Assembly (NCBI RefSeq): GCF_009914755.1 | Contig: NC_060926.1 | Source: the human T2T-CHM13v2.0 reference genome, Homo sapiens | DNA: 64,000 nucleotides | Direction: 5' to 3' (one strand) | Shown: piece by piece, positions 1 through 18,020 of the stretch | Layout of the letters: each line of letters begins with the position of its first letter | Numbering within the stretch: position 1 is the first letter of the stretch | Notes under the pieces: generated by a model | Told to the model about the DNA's origin: nothing | Seen by the model: the letters and a program-made list of their open reading frames with translations, nothing else | The model's database searches: none | Program-made: the position numbers and the translations under genes

Positions 1-720
1 ACCCAGTAGGCAAAGCTAGAAAACACAGGCCCACACATTTATATCATTATCTATATCTATATCTATATCTATGAATATACACTGATATCTCCAACTGCAA
101 TACAACAGTGTAGGGTTCATTATAGTTTTCTCCTCTCCTATATTTGTAACTTCTTTCTCCAACAGTGAGAAGTCCAGCTGCCGTTAACTTTTTATCTTTT
201 ATTTGATCAACTCCCTATATAAAATCTCATCCCTCATCTATAATACCACCTCTCTTCTACACAGATGCCTCCCTTATCCCATTTGGGTCCCAACAGCCCA
301 CAGTCAGTGCTCCCCTGCCTTCACTCACATGAGCTACAATATTCCATGGCAGATTCTACCCTTCCAAATATACTTCTTCCTCACTCTGACTCCCCATTCT
401 GCCCCCCACCCCATTGCGTGAGCCTGCTTTCCACTCCAGTTGAGTTTCAAAACCCCATGTCAGGCTGTCCCTCCATGATGATGTTCTTCTCACTCTGCTT
501 GGGCACTGACACAGTGCACTAGTCACCCATTCATGGTACCTCTTCCACCCCCACCTTGCTTGTGCTCTGACACCCATATCAGGCCGCCCTTACACATAAA
601 TGTGGTCCTTACCCGCATTGGTCTCTGACCCAGTGAAGGTCAGCCTTCCTAAACAAATGCCCTCCTTTCCCCTTTTTGGGCTCCAACACCATAGTTTGGG
701 CCACTGCAGTTCCCTCCCAG
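1..720 (-). mobile_element. Old L1 (L1MC4/L1MC5-like) 3' end fragment with internal degenerate repeats
   Basis: 'tagggttcattatagttttctcc...tatttgtaacttctttctccaacagtgagaa' plus repeated 'ctcacc...gggctctgacaccc'-type units resemble the antisense L1MC4/5 3' UTR. Confidence 0.55.
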
Positions 721-1129
721 TTCCAGTGTAGAGACCAGCACTGTTCTGCTCCTTATAAGGATTTAGGACTGAAAGTTCAGGAAGGGACAAAGAAGAGAAG
801 GAAACTGGGTAGAGGAAACATTGTTTTCTTCCTATATGGATAATGCACATCAACAGAAATTCTCTAATTTGTTGCTATTATGGCTTAACAGTTTTCTATT
901 GGTAACTCTAAAAATGTTTGATACACAAATTAATTCCTTCTATAAGTAGTCATACCCTTAGAAAAGAAGCCAGTCAGTATTTTCTGAAGTCTTGTTATTC
1001 CAAGAAATTGAAACCCATATTCATCAAATTAATGAAATCAGTTACTTTTTAAGTGCTCATAATTATGGGTAACCAATGACAAGGGCAGGGAACAGTACCC
1101 ATTATCCCCACCAGGGAGGAAAGGGTCAC

Positions 1130-1680
<551 letters not shown>

Positions 1681-3794
1681 GTTACAAAGGTAGTTGCAGA
1701 TGCCTGAAAACATGTCCAGAGATTCTGTGATTCTTAGAGCCTGATTTGAGAAACAATATATTAAAATGTAGACACTGTCACAAAGGTAACTCTTGGCACT
1801 AATGTCATAAATCCACGGACACAAAAATAGGCATCAATATTGTATGGATGGATTTAAACTACACATACTCTTCCTTAAAAATTACGTTTGAAATAACACA
1901 AAGTATTTAAATTCTCATAGAGAACTTAAAAATCTCACAGCATATGTTGGTGGTCCCCAATATGAGAAACACGTTTGTATAACATAATATATTTTTCATT
2001 CTCTCTACGACTTGAGGAAATATATAAAAAGACCAAATAGTCCTTCAATGAATTTGGTTTTAACCAGAACTCCTTTCAACTATTTTAAATAAACAAAACA
2101 CAAAACAAGAATGAAAAAGAAACAAAACAAAATCAAATGAAGTTTATGTATGACAGAATTCATGCTAATTTACTGCAAAACATGACAAAACTGTGATAAA
2201 GTTAATTGGGCTGATCCCAGATCAATTTCAATTCTCAGTTCACATTCTCTTAAAAGAAGGGCCAGATAATTATTCTTTCAAAAGCACTTATCCATGTCGT
2301 CACAAACTAATTAAAGTAAAACTTCATCTTTCTTCATTTTAAAATCATTTCACCATAGAGCTAAGTGAAAAATGCTCTGTAGGACCACAACATTACCTAT
2401 TTATTTGTAAAGATGTCTTCTTTGACTAGAATTCATCCTGCTCTGACTTTACTTGTAATTATTTTCTCATGATTCAAAATGTATTTCCAAGACAACTTTT
2501 GCACATTTAAAAAATTCAGCACAAAAGTTTAAGTGGAGTAGTGCAGATGAAATGTCCTGCTCTAAATTAGGCTTACACTTCCTTTGGTCATTTTAAAATG
2601 CTATTGTCAAATCTGACTCAGGACAGGCTTTGCACTGGCTGCTGTAGGAGTAGAAGCCTTAATTGCCTTTCCAGAAACAGAAAAGAAAGATTATATTGGT
2701 AATTCCCATGCTTCAATATGTATGTACCTTTTTACTGATCAAGGTCATTTCTTAGCACTTGTATCAGAGAAAATTCTAGTCTAATGACTGAAGGTGTCCC
2801 ACTTTACAAAAGAAGTTATTTTAAGAACTTCTACCCTATATGCTGCTTAGGACTACAGTAGATATAAAATAACTGCCTTTTGTCCTTTAGTGAAAACCAT
2901 TTGAAAGTACAAGGAAGACTTAAAACAGCTATGGTTTATATAATCTTGAAACTTACATATTATATGGCTCAATTCCTCCCAGGCAAAAAGCTGGAAGGGG
3001 ATTCTCTGAGAAACCAGTCTTCAGTCAAGACAAAGGGATAGAAGGACCAAACGACATACCAAGACACAAAGAACAGGAAAGCTAAAGGCCAAATAGGCCA
3101 GGAAGAGAGTTAAGAAGTGAGAAAGACTGGGCCAAGAGTCCAAGTTTGGAATTAAGGAAATGATGCTGAGAAAGAACAGATGGGAATAAAAGTGGGAAAG
3201 TCAAAAAAGAGTGGTGGGGCTGCAAATTAACTGTTGCAGCAGAAATTTCTGAAACTCGTTTTAAATAGCCAAACTCTTGTAAACAAAATTCCTTCTCCAA
3301 AATTTTAAACTTGAGGCCAAAGAAAGCCTGAAGTCAGTCTTTACCCAGTGACTAGAGATCTAAGACATACCAAAGCTTAACAGCTGTCATAAGCTATGTT
3401 TCCCACTGAAAAAACAGGTCTGCAGTGAGCATGAAGCCAACATGCTGAGAGATGAAGGTGATGTTTATTCTGAGACCAGGCTGCATTCTAGCCTTTCCTT
3501 GGTGTCTTTTGCGCTACCTTTTTCGGCATTTCTAGCCAAGAAGTCTTTTTTTTCTTAAGGTAGATTGCATTGTAACTAAGAATCCTGACAAATAACACTC
3601 CAGCAGTGTAAAGGTTTGACAGAAAGCAATTTGCTATTGGCAGAACCACTCAGCATCTCCACAGAGCACCAAGGTTCCCCAGGTCAGAGACTGAAAACCA
3701 CTGCCCTATACAATAGCTGTTATTTGAGACTTATCTTTATGGGCAGGCAAAGGTGTAATACATGGCTGGTGCCAGGGGTGAACATACACATACT

Positions 3795-3922
3795 TCATTC
3801 ATTCATTTGACAAAATATTTGTTGTATTCTTATTACATTCTAGACACTCTACTATGCATGGAGGCTACAACAGTGAGTGAAAGGATATGTTTCCTGCTTT
3901 CATGGTGCTTACTGTCTAGTGG
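3795..3922 (-). mobile_element. L2 3' fragment
   Basis: 'cattcattcatttgacaaaatatttgttg...ctgctttcatggtgcttactgtctagtgg'. Confidence 0.7.
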
Positions 3923-4934
3923 CCTCTTGTGATGATGAACCGTGAATTACAGAAGGGCAAGCTCCATTTATTATTGATGGCTGCAACTCTTTCCCAATAA
4001 TGTAATAAAAAATATTTGTGCTCAAAATGGATATTCTATATTTATCATGAACATTTAATTAAAAGGTCAATATTACTTGTGAATTGCCTATATTACTACT
4101 CCTAAACCATACAAGCTAAGCTTATAACTATCATAAAATTTTAGAGAACATTTAACCAAGATGACACAGATGAATTAAACATTTGCTACCCAAGTAATGA
4201 GACTTTATACTACTAGTTGCTGAAATTGTTTTGCTCTATTAAAATATTAGAAAAATGATCTTTCCTTATTTCTGAAAACACAAGTATATTGCTAGTCCAT
4301 ATTGCTTGCCTCAGCACTTATTATTATTTAAGAATAAAAATAATTAACAGATCCCTCTATTAGGAACCCACAACATCCAAGGATAAGTAATTCTTAAATA
4401 GTAAAACAATTGAGGCCTAAGGTGAAATTTTTGTTGCAATATCATGACATGAATTAGATTCTTTTCACTTATACTGAAGGATGAGGCATGGGCTTGCAGA
4501 ATTGTGTAAGTAAAGTTGTAATCATTTATCAGAAAATAGCTTTGGGACTGTGATTACACAGACATAAGCAAAATCACTCAGTAATTCAGGTGAGCATATC
4601 AGGCAATAAAGGTTCCTTGGTAACAGGGGCACAAGTGGTGGTGTGAGGGGATGAGACCTGGAGGAGGATCTGAAAAAGAGGAGGCAGTTTTAGGGTGAAA
4701 TCAAAAGGAGAACAGTCCCAGATTCTCCCCAACTGGCAGTATCTCCCTTTCCCCATGAGACAGAAAGTGATGACTTCACCAGATAAATTCACGCTGCAGA
4801 AGGGTCATAATTTCATTGCATACTCAGACATAAATCCACTTCCTGCATCTGAGTCATCAGGTTCTTTCATCTTGGTTTCTCACCTCTAGTTTGAGATTAT
4901 AACACTCCCCATCCTATATTCATTCTTCTATTGA

Positions 4935-5035
4935 TTTATTCACTCATTCAATATTTACTGAGCATATAATATGGTCCAGTCATTGTGCTAGGCGCTTGAG
5001 CTACAAAGATGAAAACAATACAGTCTCTATTCTGC
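4935..5035 (-). mobile_element. L2 3' fragment
   Basis: 'ttcactcattcaatatttactgagcat...gtgctaggcgcttgagctacaaagatgaa'. Confidence 0.7.
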
Positions 5036-5147
5036 AACAGCTCTGGGCATTCATCTCTAAATTCATAGTAGTGGTCTGTAACTTTTTTATTACATATGCC
5101 TACTAATGCACTTTTCAGCATGTTCTGTCAATAATGAATATTTATTA

Positions 5148-5367
5148 CAGGTTGAGCATCCCAAATCCCAAAATCCAAAATGCTCCAAAATTTGAAACTT
5201 TTGAGCACCAATATGATATTCAAAAAAATGTCCACTGGAGGAGTATTTCAGATTTTAGATTTTTGGATTTGAGATGTTCAACTGGTAAGCATAATGCAAA
5301 CATTCCAAAATCCCAAATCCAGAACACTTCTGGTCCCAAGCATTTTGGATAAAGGATACTAAACCTA
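5148..5367. mobile_element. Tigger4a/MER46-type non-autonomous Tc1/mariner DNA transposon
   Basis: TIRs caggttgagcatcc ... ggatactaaaccta flanked by TA; internal 'ccaaaatccaaaatgctccaaaatttgaaac'. Confidence 0.85.
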
Positions 5368-8300
5368 TATTTGTAAACTATTACAATTATCATAAATTAT
5401 TTGCATTACTATATACTATATAAATTATTTGTATTACTATATTACTTTCATCTACTCTCTCAGGGCAAAATAAACCCTTAAGATAATGTTACTAGACAGC
5501 AATAGTGAAATACAGATATAAATCTATATTTTAAATTATCTGAGTCATTTTAAATCTTCTATAAGATGTTACTGGATTGCTACTGTTGTTGTTACTGTGA
5601 TGGGCCTGATGTCAGAGACATTGCATATGACTGCACACAACCACATGCCATGCTATTGCTGACAGTGTTTGTAGCAGTATAGAGGAGTCAGCTCTGGCTT
5701 TTTCCTGTCATTTGTGTGCTTACATTACAAGTATTATCTACAAGTCAGGGTGTTTCTGTAGGAATATATTTAAGATACTTGTCCATCTTGTGAAGGTAGT
5801 TTTAGTTTAAAAAAAAAAGTTAACATAATCTGTAAATCCTCTTAAAACCAGATAAAAATAACTATAACATTTCATAATATGCTGAATATAAGCAAATGTG
5901 TGAGAGCAAACCTGGAATAATAGGGGAACTGAGTGAAGGTGCCAGGATGGATGTATACATGAAACATTAGAAAAGCTTACCGTATTGCCTTAGATTTCAA
6001 ATCAATAAAAATAGGTCGAATGCTGCCTGGATCATCTTGTACTCTACATGAAGGAACTCTGGTCTGTGGAGTGAGGCAGAGATCATGATATCGTAGCTAT
6101 GCTACTGGAGCACAAAAGGCAGATAGCCTAATTTTGCTTAGGATGGAGGGCCAAGGTGGAGAAAGATAGGACAGGTGATGTATAAGGTGAGTCTTTAATA
6201 GCAGGGGGCTTTCATCAATTATAGGGAAAGGGAAGGCCTTAGAAAACACAGATATTTGAGTGATGGGGCCACAAGGGTGGGATATGTTTGAAGTAGTACA
6301 AGCAAGCAATTCTGTGTAGCTACAGGTTAGGGGGCCAAGTGGGCAGACTCAGATACAGACAGAGAAAAAAACTGATAAAAAGAGGATTGACAGAAATCTG
6401 CTGATGCCAAGAACACCGATGGCTTCAATTTTGAAAAGGGCAGCCAAAATTAAATAGATGAGCTGACAAGAGAGCAGATCACAGAGGTGGATGGATTTTT
6501 AAAGAGAAATCATTGAGGAACATGTCATATTAAAAGACATTGCTATAGATAACCTTTCTTGGGAACTAAATAAATGGGTCTTTTCTCCAACAGTATCACA
6601 AAGAATAGAACAGTTTCACCCATAAAAGCCTTTCCTTATACCAGATATCTGTGGGATAGACAAATGGAATAATTATATAACAAATTTGATTTTAAAGGAT
6701 GTGATTGTCATTTTGCCTTTAATGACCAAAGAGCCTTCTGAGTTCCTAGATCCTAATATTCTTCTTTGTAGATCTCTTACTCTTCAATACCAGTAAGGGA
6801 CTCTGAGGACTGACCAAAGAGGTATGTTTAAGGTTCAAATGGATAAGTCATTATCACCTGACTCATTCCACTTACAACCACTGTCCACCAGTTTTGAGTT
6901 TATTTACAGAGGGTAAAGCTTAGTTATTATGCACTAATATATGCAAAACATTTGCATATATTCTTCTACTCCTAGAAAATTCAGAAATTGCAGAGAGACA
7001 GTGTATTATAGTAAGGCAAAGCAATAATTTCCATTGACAAATAAATAGGGAAATAAGTTGAGGATCCCAAGCTGCATCTGAACCAAAATGAAAGAATAAA
7101 ATTTTTCATAGCTGATATCTAAAATGAACAAAAAGGGAAAGAAAATAGAACTATTCTGAGACTTCTAAAAACTTGGGAGGTAGGATTCAGGTTACAAGAA
7201 GGCATGAGCAAACTCTAGGAAGGCTGGCACAGTAAACATTTAGGGCTGTTTTGGGCAAAGCTGTCTAATAAATAACAGTCAGTACTAAGGTTTAACAGAT
7301 GTCAGGGAATTCTGAGTACTGAATCACCCTGAATTCTTCCAAATTCTCATTCTCACTTCCAGAAGGAAAAAAAAAAACTGTGGAGAAACCCCACATTCCT
7401 TGGGGCTTCAGAAGTAGGGAGAAGGAAAGACCAACTAAAACTTGGAGAGTCGGCCCCTCCTCTGTTCCCTTTCATGAGCCTCATACCCTCAATAGGGCCT
7501 CTCTCCTTGAGGTAATCACAGATGCTAACTCACAGGCAGTAAAACTTGCCCACCTCATTCTGACTACACCCTGACAACTAAGAAATTTTTCATTCACCCT
7601 CCTCCAACGCCAAAACTCTATTGTTTGTTCTCCTTCTAAAATGAGTTATCTTATTATAAAAAATTCAAACAATACATTGAAAGTCCATAATCCTATCCCT
7701 TAGAGAGAGCTATTTTGTGATTATTTCTTCAGCTTTGTTTTCTCTTTAATTATTGACAGAGTCTGTTCCTTAATCGGGAAAAAAGAACATTAATTTTCTA
7801 AAGATAATAGTTTTATTTTAGAAACATAAAAAATATTCAAAATCTAATTCACAGCCAAAAAAAATGCTACATTTCTGTACCATAAATATAATAGGATAAA
7901 AAACACCAGCCAATAATATGGTTTTGTCTAGTTGAGGGGACAGATCTAGGCAAAAGGTAACATAATTAACAAACTTCTGTGCCCACTCTTCTGCTTCTGA
8001 AGCAGCCAGAAACCTGCCCGTGGTACACAGGGCCTATCCCAACTTCCACAGCCCGGTCACCCCATCTAATCAATGGCACATATTTCTGAAGAGCCACTTC
8101 CTCCTCCCTGCTGTCCAGGGAAATTCCTATGATCTCAGCTAGTTGTTTGAAGGATATAATCTGATTAACTTCATGTTAACACGTGAATGAAGGAAAGACT
8201 GCTTGAGCAGGCACCTACACAGGAGTATGCTTGTTAAAACTAAAGAATCTGTAAAGGCTCAAATTTCAGCCTGAGTGATAATGTGAAAGGGAATAATTTC

Positions 8301-8444
8301 TGGTAGTGTACAAAGATAATTTTGATTAGAGGAATCTCCTTGTTGAAACTGAAAGTCATGCTGAACAACATGGACAGCCTTTCCCTGCCTATGTGAGATC
8401 CAGCATAATGCCAACTTCACAGCAATATGTCACTGTAAAGGCAG

Positions 8445-8670
8445 CAGAGCTGAGCAGGAAGACAAAGGGCTCTGGAATCATGCACATCTGGATTCACACC
8501 CCACACTGCCCCTTGCTAGAGCTATACATTTTTGGCAAGTTGCTGCTATTATTTTTTGACCTCTCAAATATCTATCCTCACATGTCTAACAGGAATGTTA
8601 TGGGAATTAAATAAAATAGCTATACAAAGTGCTTGGCACATAGTAGGGGCTTAAGAATACAATCATTATT
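8445..8670 (+). mobile_element. MIR
   Basis: 'ggctctggaatc...ctggattca...ttggcaagtt...aaagtgcttggcacatagtagg'. Confidence 0.75.
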
Positions 8671-8869
8671 ACTTATGTGATTTCTTTCAGTCTTTATACA
8701 ACATTTAATAAACTGGGATTTCCCCAGAGTCTTCCGTAAAGCAATTGTTGATGGAATGGCTAAGGACAGTCCAACTACTGGCCAATATGGAAGATTATAT
8801 CTCTTATTGTATTGTGTCATCACTCATTGACATGGTTTGAATGTTCCAAAATTTTTCCCTGAGAGAGGT

Positions 8870-9267
8870 AACACATCAGGCCCAACTTGGTCCCCAGACA
8901 TAATTATTTTAACCCTCACAGTGTTTTGTTTAGCTTTTCATTTGCATCTAATGCCAATATTTAATAATTGAGAAATATTATATAAAATCCATGTTTTCAT
9001 CATCTTTTTAAAATTTCTGCACTAAAAAGTTTATTTCTCTATGAGAACAACTGCTGGATTTAGTAGTAGCTGTCATTTTTTTAGATAGGACATATGTTCT
9101 CCAACAACCCCAGTCCCCACCATGCCTCATAGCACCCCAACACTGAGGAAGAATGTCAGTTGCCATTTATCATCTAGCTTGCACTGCTGTCTTCCTAATT
9201 CTGGGCCCTGTCCACCAACTTTCACTTCTGAACTGGCTCCTATAGGCATTTGAGTCAGTGGCCTCTG
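8870..9267. mobile_element. MER102-like hAT-Charlie DNA transposon
   Basis: 'gtagctgtc...tagataggacatatgttctcc...cagtccccacca...ctggctcctataggcatttgagt'. Confidence 0.6.
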
Positions 9268-9309
9268 CCCCAAGAGCCAATTAATGTATTCCAGAATGTG
9301 GAACAGTGT

Positions 9310-9525
9310 ACTCAGGTTCTGAAATTAAACCTGGCTTTGAATACCGATTCTCCATGTTACTACTCAGGCAATTTGCTTCACCTGCAGAGCCTCAGCATCT
9401 TCAACTCTACAAGAGAAATAGTGACAGACTCACCTCACAGGGTCATTGGAAGGTTTAAATCATATAATGCATGTTCAGAAGTTTTCATCATACTTTGTTG
9501 TAAAAAGGGGCAAAAATGTTAACTA
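9310..9525 (+). mobile_element. MIR
   Basis: 'ctggctttgaatacc...ggcaatttgcttcacctgcagagcctcag...acctcacagggtcattggaaggtttaaat'. Confidence 0.65.
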
Positions 9526-9629
9526 CTACTAAGACAATGATGATGACTACTACTACTACTATTATTATTATTGCTGCTGCTGCTATTACCACAATTACTT
9601 CTAGTAGCACTACCAAAATTACTACTACT
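9522..9629. repeat. Compound degenerate trinucleotide repeat (TGA/TAC/TAT/TGC)
   Basis: Visible directly in the sequence. Confidence 0.85.
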
Positions 9630-9991
9630 CTTAGGTGGGAAGGTTAAAAACACTTATTGGCTTTCCTCAATCTTATTTCTGCTTTCTCAAGCTAGAACTT
9701 GAAATTCATTTGGAAACTCTTATGGAATATGGAGTCTTTCAAAAGTGGGAAAGAGCAGTTTCTATCTGCTGCTGACCTTGAGAACAGGGATGTACGGTGC
9801 AAAATGAAGTGAGAGCACTCCCACTCTCCAGGCAGCAAGACCACTAGCAAGCCAGACCCACACTTAAGCTCAGGTGAAGAAGGCAAGAATCTGTCTCAAA
9901 ATCTCAGTAAGAAATATTTTTCAGATAAACCAACCCAGGAGACAGAACTATGGCATGGGGAGGATAAGACCTCTAAAGATTTGAAGCTAGA

Positions 9992-14456
<4,465 letters not shown>

Positions 14457-16261
14457 AAAGACTTGAAGCTAGAAAATGTCAGAGGGAAAAGGGAAATGTC
14501 CTCAAGTTGATTCTGACTCAAGTAAGACAAGCCTTTCTCTTTGGGAATAAGGGAGAGGGCAGGGCAAAGGAGATTACGGGGAGAACATATCAGAATTGTT
14601 GCAAAGTGGAAATGGAGTGCAAACTGTGGCCAGAGCAGAGCAGCCCAGACCTCAGCTACAGAACCAAAGAATAGACCAGAAGAGAAGGATGGCCATGTAG
14701 ACAGTGAGAATCCCACGAAGCATGAGTGCACACAATCTGAAATTTATCTCCTTAGGGCTTCCACAAAGTGAAGAAAAACAACTGAGTTGTGTATTTAATG
14801 TACCTAATACCCATAGGCAGGACTTGTATCATCAACACTATAACTAACATCTGTCTTTTACAAAGTACTTTCATAGTTATCATTTGATCCTAAACTAGCC
14901 ATGTGAAGTGTTATTCTCCTATTTTAAAAGTAAAGAACAAAAAGATTAAATCAATTGTTTAAAGGTACAGAATCAGTTAAATGGTAAGGACTAGAGTTTA
15001 ATTTTTCAGAAACCAAATAGTTTGTACTGTTCACTGCATTATGTTCAGAAATTTCACATCATTCACCACATACTTTCCTGGTTTGTTTTTTCTTTATAAT
15101 TTTCCTTATATGATTAAGGAAGTTTGTGTTGCTTGTTCTTTGTTCGTAATGCAGATTGGCTTTGTTAAATACAGAGAAAGTAGTCAAAAAAAAAAAAAGG
15201 TATATCAAAACCTGGACCAGCATAGCTAAAGAGATCAGTTTTCCTGAGGTGTCAGGTATGGGATCATCAATAGTCCCAGCTACAGATCAGAGTAAGCCTA
15301 ATTCCATCACCATTACTCTAGCCTTCAGTTGGGGATTATAATGTGGTATACTTCCATAAGGGATTTATAATAATTTCATCCAAAATATCTTCATTCTTTT
15401 AATAGATATATTAATCCTATTGGAAATGAAGGATTACAGTTGAGAAGAGACTTTTAAAAGTTGTAGAAAAATGTAACTCAAAGGAATATTCTCTGCCAGG
15501 ATTTGGAACTTGCCTATTTAGATAGTATAACTTTGCCAAGGTCTTTCCAGTTAATACTATGCTTTCAGGGCTGATTAGAAAGTAAAGTGTACTATCTCAA
15601 ACTAGAGTAATATCTTTATTTGAAGGTCACGTGATTTTGTTTTAAGAGATTTTCCAGAGCTGAGAATAGAACATGTCTCTAAGGCTCCCAGTCCAGTGAA
15701 TTAAACAATGTGGCTTCTTCATTTTTAAATGATCTGTTTTGAAATGAACAAATCTTAACACTTCCTCAAGCTACGAAAAGAAACAAAAAGAAAGAAAGAG
15801 TTTCTTGGGCAAGGGAAAAGCTGAGAAAGGTCTGAAGATGCAGAAGTTGAAGTCCCTTGTTAGGCTGCCAAGCTAAATTGAATCAATTGATTTCATTTTT
15901 TTAAAATCAAACAGAATCTACAACAAATATTTTTTTCTTTTTTTTTTCTGACCCAAAGCCTGTATTTGCAAGTTAAACAGTCAAAATGTCTGTCAACTCC
16001 AATGATATATGATAGATTCACAGTAGATGTTGATATTTCATAAGAAAGAGATTGAAGAATCCAGTTTGTAAGTTTGTAAGACTGGGGCTTTCAAACAAGA
16101 TGTGCACATACACAGACACACACATATTCCCACACCATACATACAGACACCTTCTCCAGAAGGCACAAAAGGTATTCATTTCAACCACTGAGGGAAAGTA
16201 CCTGCAACACATATAAAATGTCTATTACATCACCCATTAAAGTGTGTATTTTTAGAGCTAC

Positions 16262-16278
16262 TGACCTTTATATGAACT
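16262..16278 (-). promoter_or_regulatory. Consensus DR5 nuclear-receptor element (RARE-like motif; function untested)
   Basis: Minus strand reads AGTTCA-TATAA-AGGTCA, matching RGKTCA-N5-RGKTCA. Confidence 0.4.
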
Positions 16279-16439
16279 AAACAATAAAGCGGTTCACAAA
16301 CCTGACAGAGAGCAGCTTTTCCAAAGTGAAACAGTGATCCACTGTTCCTAATGCACCCATCAAACTAAACAATTAAATTGGCATTTAGTACAAAATTTAA
16401 AAAGCCATAACGCTGCCAAGATTATTGGTCCTGTCTCAA

Positions 16440-16476
16440 ACACACACACACACACACACAAACACATGCAAACACG
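16440..16476. repeat. (CA)n microsatellite
   Basis: (CA)10 core with a degenerate flank. Confidence 0.9.
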
Positions 16477-16669
16477 AAACACTGTTTTGTCTTGTCATTT
16501 ATTAAAAAAGAAAAAGAATGTATTTATTTAGTTGACAGATGAATGGGCTGAATAAATTTAAGGCAATCAAAAGAAACTCAGTTGTCCCAGCACCACAAGT
16601 TGTTACCAACCTAACTTGGGCTCAGTGGCCACAGACTTGTTCTCATAAAACAGCAAAGGCACAAACAGT

Positions 16670-16910
16670 TACTGTGCAGATACAACAAGTCTGAATTCAA
16701 GTCCCAGTTTATCAGTTACTAGCTGTTTGACTTTGGGTAAATTACTTAACCTCTCTTGGCTCCCATTGCCTTTTGTAAAATAGCATTCCGATACAGTTGC
16801 CTAATGGAAGAGTTATGCTCTGTGCAGTAATAAAAGAAATAATATAGGCAAAGACCTTAACACAGTGCCTGGTATAGAGCAAATGCTCAATAAAAGCCAT
16901 TATTATCATT
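16670..16910 (+). mobile_element. MIR
   Basis: 'ctgaattcaagtcccag...ttactagctgtttgactttgggtaaattacttaacctctct...cacagtgcctggtatagagcaaatgctcaataaa'. Confidence 0.85.
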
Positions 16911-17829
16911 GACAGATCTCACAGATTGACCACAGAATTTAACACCAAATCCAGGGCACTCCTGAGGTTGAAAGGGGGCTCTATTTGCAATATAATGGCA
17001 AGGATGGAAGCGCACCCTAACCATGGTCTGTGCAGCATAGTCATGTATCATGGAATGCTGAGGACTGGGAGCAAGGTTCTAATGCTACACAACATGAAAT
17101 ACAAAATCATATTAGTAAATGAGGATGCCTAGACACCCTGAATGGAAATATTAGCAATGAGAAGGAGGAAGCGCTTGAGTGAATAAAAAACTTCCAATTT
17201 TGTAATTAGTTGGTTATATGATCACACAAGAGATAATTGTTAGCATCACAAACTCCTCTTCAGCATTCTAAATTTAAACAGTTCAAACTCTTGAAACATC
17301 ACTTTTTACAAGACTTTAAAATTACAAGTTTTTAAAATTTGCTTTGAGCATAAAACATCCTTAACCATTTTTGAGATCTGTATATACTTTCCTATGTGGT
17401 GCCTTTAGCAGAGATTTTATGCTAGAAATTAAATTAATTTTTAAAATATGAAAAAAATAGCTCAGCAGTTATCCAAATCATCAAGCCAGGAAGGCAGTAA
17501 CCTGCATAGTGCGCCAGAACATTCCAGTCACTAGGGAGGACCAGACTCCCTCTCTGATGTCCTTAACTCAAGCACTGTGTTTCCAGCAAATCAACCAATC
17601 CATTCTGAAAACTTATAAGAGTGGAATCAATGAACAATTATTTAAAATCATCCTGTTAATTTTGATAACTTTATAGAGATCTTGTGAATGCATACATAGA
17701 TGATTTAATGAATTCTCTTTGCAAAGAAGTAAGTTACCAACTGGAAAAATAAGTCAGCAGCAAGGTTAAAAGGCGTTGTGGGCAGAATTTTTACACATCA
17801 CCTGTTTTTGAAAGAAAGGGAGAAAAATA

Positions 17830-18020
17830 AGAACATATATTTGTGTTTTATTTTCATTAAGAAACACAGAAATGATTAATAAGAAGCTACAAAAAATGGT
17901 TCCTTATAGGGCCAGGAGGAACAGGGGAACAGGGAAGGAGTAGTCACAAGACTTCTCCTTGTATACATTCTGACATTTTAATTTTGAACCATTATCAAGT
18001 ATTACATATTGAAAACATTA
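17830..18020 (+). mobile_element. L1ME-type 3' end fragment
   Basis: 'agacttctccttgtatacattctgac...ttttgaaccatt...tattacatatt' resembles the L1ME3/4 terminus. Confidence 0.45.

Noticed and set aside
240-720. Spaced C-rich repeats resembling an array
   Set aside because: Best explained by internal repeats of an L1MC 3' UTR; too degenerate and irregular for a CRISPR-like array, and the DNA is eukaryotic.
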